From Bdellovibrionota bacterium (GTDB lineage: Bacteria; Bdellovibrionota; FAC87; UBA2466): a stretch of DNA of 34,657 nucleotides. The first letter of the stretch is position 1, and the number at the start of each line of letters is the position of its first letter. The stretch is from contig JBBQIT010000001.1 of NCBI GenBank assembly GCA_038325205.1, forward strand, positions 1 to 34,657, in the 5' to 3' direction. The translations under genes and the position numbers were made by a program. Below the pieces are notes generated by a model. That model was given only the letters and a program-made list of their open reading frames with translations. It had not been told where the DNA came from and searched no databases. Below are positions 28,401-34,657 of the stretch, one piece after another.

Positions 28401-31091
28401 ATTCGAATGATCGGCTCTCAATCTTTATTGGATAAACCGGGTGGAATCTTTATCAGGCGTGCGAATCTCATGCCTAAAGAGGACATCATCTTACTTAAGA
28501 CAGTGGCCCGTGCCGTATTAGACTCGAGACACGGGACACTCAAGGAGCAACTAAAGCGACACTCGAATCTTGCGTCGACTCAGAATGCACTTCCCGAAAA
28601 GTTTACGCCTTCCATTGTTAAAAAGGCGCTCCGCAGAATCCCAAAAGTAAATTCTCCACAAATTGATCCATCGCTAGCGTTTTTCAACGGGCTGGGTGGC
28701 TTTAGGGCGGATGGGCATGAGTATGTGATCGTTCTAAAGGAGGGCGAAGTTACTCCCGCCCCTTGGATCAATGTGGTCTCAAACGCGAGAGGATTTGGCT
28801 TTCTCATTTCGGAATCGGGGGGAGGTTACACTTGGTCCATAAACAGTCAACGCAATCGCCTCACCCCCTGGTCAAACGACGCTGTCAGTGACCCGGTTGG
28901 AGAGGTCCTTTACATACGCGATGAAGAAACAGGAGAGTATTGGACCGCGACACCATCGCCCGTTCGGGACCACGGAACGTACGTCATTCGACACGGTCAA
29001 GGTTACACCCAGTTTGAGCATTCCAGTCATGGGATTTCAATGAAACTTGAGATGTATGTTCCCCTCGATGCCGACATCAAAATCTTCGCTCTTCATCTCG
29101 TAAACACTACTGGGCAGAAACGTCGGTTATCGGTGACAAGTTTTGTGGAATGGGTTCTCGGTGTGGACCGTTCTGAAACTGCGCCACACGTTCTTACTTT
29201 GATGGATGAGAGCGGGATTCTGTGCGCGAGGAATTCCTATAATAATGAGTTCAACTCCAGAGTAGCGTTCTCCTCCATGAGCGAGAGGCCCGATAGTTTT
29301 ACCTGCGATCGTAAGGAGTTTTTGGGCAGAAACGGAAGTCCGGAACAGCCTGCGGCAATGGGGAGAAACGGTTTGTCCGGTCGTGCTGGAATAGGCATCG
29401 ATCCTTGTGCTTCCCTTCAGAAAAGAATCGATTTGGCTCCGGGCGAGGAACGGGAGATCTCCCTTCTACTTGGACAGGGTGAAAATATTGAAGAGGCACG
29501 TGCGCTGGCTCTCAAGTACGGCAACTCTGCCAATCGCGTAAAGAGCTATAAGGCAGTAACCGCTTACTGGGATGAAGTGTTAGGGACTATTGAGATCAAA
29601 ACTCCCGATCCCGCAATGAACATGATCATGAACCGCTGGCTTCTTTACCAGACCCTGTCTTGTAGGGTTTGGGGGCGCTCGGCTTTCTATCAATCTGGAG
29701 GCGCGTTTGGTTTCAGAGATCAGCTTCAAGATGTGATGGCGCTTGTGTATGCGAAACCAGAAATCGCAAGGGCACAAATTCTTAATGCGGCCGCCCATCA
29801 ATTCCTGGAAGGCGATGTGTTGCATTGGTGGCATCCTCCGAATGGAAATGGTATTCGGACGCATTTCTCCGATGACCTCCTCTTCCTCCCTTTTGTAACG
29901 AGTTTCTACGTCAGGATTACGCAAGACCGGTCTATTTTAACGGAAGTGATTCCATTTATAGAGGCGCCACTTTTAGATCCGCAGCTTGATAGCACTTATC
30001 TCCTTCCTATTCTCTCAAAGGAGAAGGGCACGTTATTGGAGCATTGCGCGAGAGCCTTGGATCGAAGCTTAAAAACAGGACAACACGGGTTGCCCCTGAT
30101 GGGCTGCGGCGACTGGAATGACGGAATGAACCGGGTGGGACATGACGGAAAGGGCGAAAGTGTCTGGCTGGCCTGGTTTCTCTACCGCACTTTAGGGGAA
30201 TTTGTAGAACTTTCGACCGATATCTCGAGCGACCGGATTGAACGTTACCGTGAACACATGGAAAAGCTGAAGCTTGCGACTCAAGAAAATAGCTGGGATG
30301 GAGACTGGTACCAACGCGCCTATTTCGACGATGGGACGCCCCTGGGGTCTGCGTCTAGCCAAGAATGCCAAATAGACTCCATCGCTCAGTCGTGGGCTGT
30401 TCTATCAGGCGCGGATGAAGACGCCGGAATGAAGGAGCGACAGAGAATGTCGATGGAAGCCGTCGATAAACAATTGATTGATCGACGAGCGGGTATCATC
30501 AAACTGCTTACTCCGCCGTTCGACAATAGCCCAATCGACCCAGGTTACATTAAAGGGTACCTTCCTGGCGTCCGTGAAAACGGGGGGCAATACACGCACG
30601 CCGCCGTTTGGACTGTAATGGCGTTTGCTTCTTTAGGCGACACCGAGCGCGCGGAGGAGCTGTTTCGCTTTCTAAATCCCATCAACCATTCGTCGACCAA
30701 AGCTGACGTCGCGACCTATAAGGTAGAGCCCTATGTAGTTGCTGGAGATGTTTATGGCGTTTCCCCTCACGTCGGACGTGGGGGGTGGACGTGGTACACG
30801 GGCTCCTCGAGCTGGATGTACCGAGCCGGGCTTGAATCTATTTTAGGGTTCAAATTGAGAGGCAACCGCTTGCAGATCAAGCCCTGCGTACCGAAAGACT
30901 GGAAAGAATTTCAAATAATTTATAAGCGCGGCGCGACCCGATATTTAATCTTGGCTAGCCGCAAGCCAACGCCCTCTCCGGAAGCAATCGCCATCGAGAT
31001 GGATGGTGTAAAGCAAAGTTCGTCAGCGGATTCTGAAGGGTTTTTACTAATTGAGGATGGAAAAAACCATGAACTACGCATCTACTTTTGA
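22443..31091 (+). CDS. cgs: Cyclic beta-1,2-glucan synthase-like giant protein (Cgs/NdvB/ChvB type: N-terminal domain, TM helices, GT module, central alpha/alpha-barrel-like module, C-terminal GH94 phosphorylase module)
   Basis: 2882 aa. The GT motifs are MVVIPTFL, VITLDSDTDLP and QHRWIRGDWQ (QxxRW). The central module has AHRTSPTNIGLQLLS. The GH94-type motifs are GGAFGFRDQLQD, GCGDWNDGMN and ENGGQYTHAA. Size and module order match the known ~2800-2900-aa synthases. Confidence 0.85.
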   Translation: MNTACDERKLHYADFLQLLERSTDLLNDDSVREEVFSVERLESYAAHLARQFAVSATPKRARYILPKLKKNGRQLLKSYLQLSEAIRDKEAISPAAEWFVDNFHIVEDQIREIKQDLPKNFYDELPKLSMGELEGYPRVYGIALAIIAHTDSRLDVDALRRFIRSFQQVSPLTIGELWATAITLRIALVDHLTPLTLKIVGAREQRADADAFADRLLHLAVLPDTSSDTIVKMFIARVGEPKTFNRAFIVQLTQRLRDQDPDILPAFDWLEKQLKRYHHTTIQAIIQLEHTRQATAQVTVGNIITSMRLLSALDWREFMESVSLVDPVLDKDPAGSYSKMDFTTRDRYRHVVERLARRSKCSEMQVAEQLIDTAAGETPQVGDPASTKRSHIGFYLIGEGRFRFEKQIGYQPRFKEEVNRSFSRHPTLVYLSSLSLLTFLLLIPVFKYFTSQGGRTITALCFAILATIPASELALSILNHILTMLTKPKRLPKIDTSKGIPDSATTMVVIPTFLSSQAAIHDLLERLQVHFLSNRDPQIYFALLGDFIDTDEETDPKDLSLLKSAQEGISELNRKYADRVGPRFFLFHRRRLFNPSEKKWMGYERKRGKIHEFNRLLRGAPDTSFVHNPSATPNLLLKIQYVITLDSDTDLPRGTACTLIGTALHPLNVPEFDVKTGRVRAGYGIFQPRISVALPSANRTRFSHLFSGAAGLDPYTTACSDVYQDLFGEGSYTGKGLYVVDAFESALEKRAPENTVLSHDLFEGCFARSALVTDVELYDDYPSDYEIYAKRQHRWIRGDWQIAPWLFPRVPTASSNTAANPLPLIARWKILDNLRRSLVPSAVILWLGLAWAVLPGSPLFWTVLIVVLFAFPIYATGTSNIFCHRQGISWRRHVSYRWTESLLQTKQILVMIAFMPNQAWNQTDAVLRTLYRKLFSHHQLLEWTTFNDAQNNHQQSHFVRRALSPGPVFSVLIGGALLARHPLSLLSAFPFLLSWLLNPFLAAWLRRNRNKPIRALKASETATFRSYARRTWHFFEKFVTKEDNFLAPDNFQEEPEKVVAHRTSPTNIGLQLLSLSSAYDLGYIGRMEFLEQAENLFSTLTKLERMRGHLFNWYNTQTLEPLCPKYISTVDSGNLAGHLLTLKRSLFELGEVRMFNPAAKVGLLDALHLLKEETLRCENTSERLRAKWKDFHCDVDSTIELVNSQDFNSTGNLVGFLNTLKSRLGQMKDNLAILVAALDPALPGSSYEEVQIWLTAALHQVDEVQRDCLSHSGQAPARHTDTIQQRIDNLINRCDEIALGMDFKFLFDEQRKMFVIGYNAVDHRKDNSYYDLLASEARLASFVAIAKGDIPQEHWFRLGRQLTNVKGGRALISWTGTMFEYLMPLLVTRSYAETLLSQTYQSIVARQIDYGKKNKIPWGVSESEYNVRDLQLNFQYRAFGIPGLGLKRGLSDDLVISPYSTMLAVTIDPFSALYNLRRLETLGALSRYGFFESIDYTPERLKKDQKFFILHSFMAHHQGMSLISINNLLNGNLMQRRFHSEPLVQATQLLLQERIPFSVPLYRPRAEEVHSDGARLSTHWNPRIYSDVNLAMPRTQLLSNGTYSVMITTSGAGYSRSGPIAISRWREDVTRDHWGQFFYVRNRAMNMVWSSGYQPIGVKAAKYEVSFTEDKVEFWRQDGTTATHTEIIVAPEENVEIRRISLTNNSEETQEIEVTSFMETALAPPKTDVAGPAFSNLFIQTEFVPGECALLANRRQRSDKEEQIWAFHVVVTEGEDMGSVQYETDRRAFLGRGRNPSDAFVIREDLPLSNTVGSVLDPIFSLRRSVRIPSGETVRVSFATGVTNSREEALRLVDKYHDIHIFEREMELAWTASRVQMRHLNIESNQAHSFQRLATRVIYSDPSLRARSEVLSSNSKSQSGLWAYGISGDLPIILARVGSELDLAMVRELLHAHEYLRLKGLALDLVLLNEREASYLQTVEEELQRQIRMIGSQSLLDKPGGIFIRRANLMPKEDIILLKTVARAVLDSRHGTLKEQLKRHSNLASTQNALPEKFTPSIVKKALRRIPKVNSPQIDPSLAFFNGLGGFRADGHEYVIVLKEGEVTPAPWINVVSNARGFGFLISESGGGYTWSINSQRNRLTPWSNDAVSDPVGEVLYIRDEETGEYWTATPSPVRDHGTYVIRHGQGYTQFEHSSHGISMKLEMYVPLDADIKIFALHLVNTTGQKRRLSVTSFVEWVLGVDRSETAPHVLTLMDESGILCARNSYNNEFNSRVAFSSMSERPDSFTCDRKEFLGRNGSPEQPAAMGRNGLSGRAGIGIDPCASLQKRIDLAPGEEREISLLLGQGENIEEARALALKYGNSANRVKSYKAVTAYWDEVLGTIEIKTPDPAMNMIMNRWLLYQTLSCRVWGRSAFYQSGGAFGFRDQLQDVMALVYAKPEIARAQILNAAAHQFLEGDVLHWWHPPNGNGIRTHFSDDLLFLPFVTSFYVRITQDRSILTEVIPFIEAPLLDPQLDSTYLLPILSKEKGTLLEHCARALDRSLKTGQHGLPLMGCGDWNDGMNRVGHDGKGESVWLAWFLYRTLGEFVELSTDISSDRIERYREHMEKLKLATQENSWDGDWYQRAYFDDGTPLGSASSQECQIDSIAQSWAVLSGADEDAGMKERQRMSMEAVDKQLIDRRAGIIKLLTPPFDNSPIDPGYIKGYLPGVRENGGQYTHAAVWTVMAFASLGDTERAEELFRFLNPINHSSTKADVATYKVEPYVVAGDVYGVSPHVGRGGWTWYTGSSSWMYRAGLESILGFKLRGNRLQIKPCVPKDWKEFQIIYKRGATRYLILASRKPTPSPEAIAIEMDGVKQSSSADSEGFLLIEDGKNHELRIYF

Positions 31092-31145
31092 AAACAAAAA
31101 TAGAACGGTTCTTTTATCGCGCCAAATTAGGCAATCGGGACAGCA

Positions 31146-31910
31146 ATGAAAAAGCTGATTGTTTTCGATTTGGATGGCACCCTCGCTCTTAGTAAATCGC
31201 CGATGGATGCCGAGATGGCAGCAGATATCAATAAACTCGTTGAAATTACCAAGGTGGCCATCATATCGGGCGGTAAGTTTGAGCAATTCCAAAAGCAAGT
31301 GCTATCTCACCTCGGCATCAACGAACGCTTGAAGAATCTTTCGCTCCTTCCTACTTGTGGGACACAGTTTTTCAAGTACGAGAACGGTTGGGATAGGCTC
31401 TACGCCGAGAATTTTACATCGCAGCAGAAAGAGAAAATTATCGGTTCGCTTAAGAAGGCTATCGATCAATTGAATATGAACCCCCTAAAGACTTGGGGTG
31501 AGGTGATTGAGGATCGCGGCAGCCAAATCACTTTCTCCGCGTTAGGGCAGGAGGCTCCCCTAAATGAAAAAGTGAAATGGGACCCTGATTTCACCAAGCG
31601 GAAAAGGATGCAATCGGTCCTTGCTACTTTAATTCCGGAATTCTCAGTGCGATTGGGCGGTGCGACTTCGATTGATATCACACAGCCCGGAATCGACAAA
31701 GCATACGGGATCAGAAAATTAAGGGACATTCTTGGGGTTGCAATTCCCGAGATGATGTTTGTTGGAGATGCCTTGTTTCCTGGCGGAAACGACTATCCGG
31801 CCGAGCAAGCCGGCGTGGATTCAATCCGAGTTAGGGATCCGGAGGAGACGAAGCGGATTATCGAAACAATCATCGCTTGTTTAGGGCGAGCGAGTGAACG
31901 GAGACAATGA
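31146..31910 (+). CDS. HAD-IIB hydrolase resembling eukaryotic-type phosphomannomutase (PMM-like)
   Basis: 254 aa with nucleophile motif VFDLDGTL, ISGGKFEQFQKQ, SIDITQPGIDKAYG and MFVGDALFPGGNDYP. This pattern resembles the PMM family (GG..., DV.P.GWDK, FFGD...GGND). Confidence 0.7.
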   Translation: MKKLIVFDLDGTLALSKSPMDAEMAADINKLVEITKVAIISGGKFEQFQKQVLSHLGINERLKNLSLLPTCGTQFFKYENGWDRLYAENFTSQQKEKIIGSLKKAIDQLNMNPLKTWGEVIEDRGSQITFSALGQEAPLNEKVKWDPDFTKRKRMQSVLATLIPEFSVRLGGATSIDITQPGIDKAYGIRKLRDILGVAIPEMMFVGDALFPGGNDYPAEQAGVDSIRVRDPEETKRIIETIIACLGRASERRQ

Positions 31911-32557
31911 AGAACCAACCGCCGCGAGTAACATGCCTTTTTGTCGATATTGGTGGCGTTCTGCTCACCAATGGGTGGGACCACCATGCTCGTAAACGAG
32001 CGGCGGAGCACTTTAATCTTGAGGTGGCTGAGATGGAACATCGGCATCACCTGACGTTTGATACCTATGAAGAGGGGAAACTTTCGCTTGAAGAATATTT
32101 GAACCGCGTGGTTTTTTACCAAAAGCAATCGTTCACCTTTACTCAATTTCAAACATTCATGTTCGCCCAATCGACCGCCCATCCTGAAATGATCGAGTTG
32201 GTGCGAATTCTTAAGGCAAAGTACGGATTAAAGATCGTCGTGGTCAGCAACGAAGGAAGAGAATTAAATGCTCATCGCATTAGTGAATTCCGACTGCACG
32301 AGTTTGTGGACTGTTTCGTTTCCTCCTGCTTCGTTCACATCCGAAAGCCCGATCTTGATATCTTTCGCTTAGCGCTGGATATCGCTCAAGTCCCGGTTCA
32401 CGAGATCGTATATATCGAAAACACCCGCATGTTTGTCCAAATTGCGGAAGGACTAGGGATTCGAAGCATTCTCCACACAGATTACAAGTCCACAAGCGAA
32501 AAGCTCGCCTCATTGGGATTGCAGAATGACGAAGGACTTATCCATGAAGCAGGCTAG
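31907..32557 (+). CDS. HAD-IA (variant 3-like) hydrolase/phosphatase
   Basis: 216 aa with motif I LFVDIGGVLL, VVVSNEG and IRKPD...YIENT. There is an ATGA overlap with the preceding gene. Confidence 0.7.
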   Translation: MKNQPPRVTCLFVDIGGVLLTNGWDHHARKRAAEHFNLEVAEMEHRHHLTFDTYEEGKLSLEEYLNRVVFYQKQSFTFTQFQTFMFAQSTAHPEMIELVRILKAKYGLKIVVVSNEGRELNAHRISEFRLHEFVDCFVSSCFVHIRKPDLDIFRLALDIAQVPVHEIVYIENTRMFVQIAEGLGIRSILHTDYKSTSEKLASLGLQNDEGLIHEAG

Positions 32558-33761
32558 CTCCAATATTCTGTCGATAAATGGTGGCTCGTCGAGCATTAAG
32601 TTCGTCTTGTTCGAGGCACAGTCACTCCGAAGACTTCTGGAAGGCGGGATTGAGCGGATTGGGCTGCCGGAGCCTCTGCTTCGGGTAAAGGGCATTAACC
32701 GAGAGCACAACTATTCACGGTTAGTAACGGCACCGGATCATAAAGAGGCGGTGACAGCTCTGATGGACTGGATTGAGGAACGTATTGGAGGTGCAGCTTT
32801 GTATGCGGTGGGACATCGCGTGGTGTGGGGTGGCCCAACCTATTGCGATCCGCAGCCGGTGACTTCGAAAATGCTTAACGACCTACGTGAGCTGAGTCCA
32901 TTCGATCCCTCCCATCTGCCAGAGGAGATTCAAATGATGGAGGCGTTTCATCACCGCTTTCCTAGTCTTCCTCAAGTGGCGTGCTTCGACACGGCTTTTC
33001 ACCATGACTTGCCTAGGGTTTCAAGGATGCTTGCGATTCCCCGGCGGTACGAGGCACGGGGCGTTCGTCGCTATGGCTTCCATGGTTTGTCATACGAGTT
33101 CTTAATGGAAGAACTCACACGACTCGGAGACCCGACTGGTACGAAGGGTCGCGCGGTTCTTGCGCACTTGGGAAACGGTGCGAGCCTTGCGGCGGTCCTT
33201 GACGGTAAATCGGTGGATACCAGCATGGGTTTCACGCCGACTGCTGGAGTTCCGATGGGTACCCGCTCAGGAGATCTCGACCCTGGACTGATGTGGTATC
33301 TGACCCGCACCGAAAATATGAGCGCCAAGGAATTTAACGAAATGGTGTGTTTTAAGTCCGGGCTCCTTGGGATTTCCGAAACCAGTTCTGACATGCGCGA
33401 CTTATTGCGGATCGAAACACAAGATGTACGAGCGGCTGAAGCGGTAGGTCTCTTTTGCTATCAGATCAAAAAATGCATTGGAGGTTTCGCGGCTGCATTG
33501 GGTGGTTTGGACACACTGGTGTTCGCCGGTGGCATTGGGGAAAACGCACCGACGGTTCGCGCTCGCATTTGCGACGGCTTAGGATTTCTTGGAATCGAAA
33601 TAGATGAAAAGAGAAACATGGCGAATGAGAGCATGATTTCCACAACGGAAAGCAGAGTCTCAGTTCGCGTGATTCGCACGGACGAGGAGCGCATGATAGC
33701 GAAGACGGTTTACCGCGTTCTCGGCCTTGGTGAAAAAGGAGAATTGAAAGATGAAGACTGA
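32544..33761 (+). CDS. ackA: Acetate kinase
   Basis: Motifs [37 protein letters not shown] and FAGGIGEN. I chose the start at MKQASSN (32544); the track start is 32526. Confidence 0.92.
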   Translation: MKQASSNILSINGGSSSIKFVLFEAQSLRRLLEGGIERIGLPEPLLRVKGINREHNYSRLVTAPDHKEAVTALMDWIEERIGGAALYAVGHRVVWGGPTYCDPQPVTSKMLNDLRELSPFDPSHLPEEIQMMEAFHHRFPSLPQVACFDTAFHHDLPRVSRMLAIPRRYEARGVRRYGFHGLSYEFLMEELTRLGDPTGTKGRAVLAHLGNGASLAAVLDGKSVDTSMGFTPTAGVPMGTRSGDLDPGLMWYLTRTENMSAKEFNEMVCFKSGLLGISETSSDMRDLLRIETQDVRAAEAVGLFCYQIKKCIGGFAAALGGLDTLVFAGGIGENAPTVRARICDGLGFLGIEIDEKRNMANESMISTTESRVSVRVIRTDEERMIAKTVYRVLGLGEKGELKDED

Positions 33762-34657
33762 AAGACATCTCAAGAAGGTCACCGGTCCCCCGGGAGAGAT
33801 ACCGACAAAGACTCTTTCTCCTGGAATGCTCGAGGCTATGGATGCCTACTGGCGCGCCGCCAATTATCTATCCGTCGGTCAGATTTATCTATACGACAAT
33901 CCGCTAGTGAAGCGTCCGCTCGAATTAGCGGATGTAAAACATATGCTACTCGGCCACTGGGGAACGACTCCTGGGCAGAACTTCATTTATGTCCACTTGA
34001 ACCGCGTCATCAAGAAATATGACCTCGATATGATTTACGTCTCCGGGCCCGGGCATGGGGGACCTGCGGTTGTGGGCAACACTTATCTCGAGGGCACTTA
34101 CAGCGAGGTCTATCCTAACATCAGCCAGGATGAGGCAGGACTGCGTAAGCTCTTTGTTCAGTTTTCTTTTCCTGGAGGAATTCCCAGCCATGCATCTCCG
34201 GAATGTCCCGGCTCGATCCACGAAGGTGGCGAACTAGGGTATTCGTTAAGTCATTCCTTCGGAGCGGTTTTCGACAACCCTGAGCTTATCGTCGCCTGTG
34301 TTATTGGGGACGGCGAGGCAGAAACGGGACCTCTCGCGACTGCATGGCATTCCAACAAATTTCTAGATCCCATAACCGACGGCGCCGTATTGCCGATCTT
34401 GCATCTTAACGGCTACAAAATTTCCAATCCGACCATACTGGCCCGCATTTCGCGCGAGGAATTAGAGCAACTACTACGTGGCTATGGGTGGACGCCATAC
34501 TTCGTCGAGGGTCACGACCCTGAGCTGATGCATGAGGCGATGGCCACAACTCTCGATGTGGCGGTGGAGCAAATAAAACAAATTCAAAAAGATGCCCGCG
34601 CTCAAGGTAAATTCACCCGCCCGCGCTGGCCAATGATCGTTCTGAGTTCGCCGAAGG
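33751..34657 (+). CDS. xfp: Xylulose-5-phosphate/fructose-6-phosphate phosphoketolase, 5' part (runs off the window end)
   Basis: This ORF is not in the supplied track because it has no stop before the window end. The ATG at 33751 has AAGGAG 9 nt upstream and overlaps the ackA end by 11 nt. My own translation is open to 34657 and contains [42 protein letters not shown] and [12 protein letters not shown]. Confidence 0.9.
   Translation, partial: MKTERHLKKVTGPPGEIPTKTLSPGMLEAMDAYWRAANYLSVGQIYLYDNPLVKRPLELADVKHMLLGHWGTTPGQNFIYVHLNRVIKKYDLDMIYVSGPGHGGPAVVGNTYLEGTYSEVYPNISQDEAGLRKLFVQFSFPGGIPSHASPECPGSIHEGGELGYSLSHSFGAVFDNPELIVACVIGDGEAETGPLATAWHSNKFLDPITDGAVLPILHLNGYKISNPTILARISREELEQLLRGYGWTPYFVEGHDPELMHEAMATTLDVAVEQIKQIQKDARAQGKFTRPRWPMIVLSSPK

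Noticed and set aside
22940-30599. Many 60-120-aa antisense or alternate-frame ORFs inside the giant gene.
   Set aside because: All are nested in a continuous 8.6-kb ORF with family motifs along its whole length. None has an RBS or motif support.
31114-31131. Sigma-54-like AGGCAA...AGCA upstream of the HAD-IIB gene.
   Set aside because: The GG to GC spacing is off by one nucleotide, and this spacing is essentially invariant in sigma-54 promoters.

Overview
Bacterial chromosomal window. I found no rRNA, complete tRNA, CRISPR array, transposase, integrase or recognisable defence system. It falls into three zones. (1) 1-3.5 kb is a plasmid- or mobile-element-like module. It has a repeat- and palindrome-rich non-coding leader with a tRNA-Ser-like 3'-end fragment. 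It also has a 499-aa winged-helix protein built around about 26 in-phase 15-bp (pentapeptide) repeats, a ParA ATPase coupled to it by an ATGA overlap (no ParB seen), and a divergent XRE regulator preceded by two copies of a 17-bp palindrome. (2) 3.5-12 kb is an accessory and regulatory zone. A 129-nt 3' remnant of a Mn-type superoxide dismutase gene is a ~93% identical direct repeat of the 3' end of the intact sodA-like gene 5317 bp away. The two copies bracket a PAP2 phosphatase, a COG4705-like membrane protein, a CusR/CusS-like two-component pair, a PepSY protein and an apparently truncated DUF2254 gene. Next comes a sigma-54 enhancer-binding response regulator behind two small lipoprotein/membrane genes, all downstream of a perfect TGGCAC-N5-TTGCA promoter. 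(3) 12-34.6 kb is core carbon metabolism. It holds rpe, then an overlapping tkt-rpiB-tal/pgi-gnd-zwf-pgl operon preceded by a second perfect sigma-54 -24/-12 element. After that come a small SHOCT membrane protein, a 2882-aa cyclic beta-1,2-glucan synthase-like gene, a PMM-like HAD-IIB protein, a HAD-IA protein, ackA and the 5' part of phosphoketolase, which runs off the window. I did not find a clear-cut new system. The best candidates for something undescribed are the ParA/repeat-protein module, the sodA-3'-bounded islet, and the sigma-54 wiring of the pentose-phosphate and cyclic-glucan genes. All family assignments come from motif recognition by eye, not from database searches.
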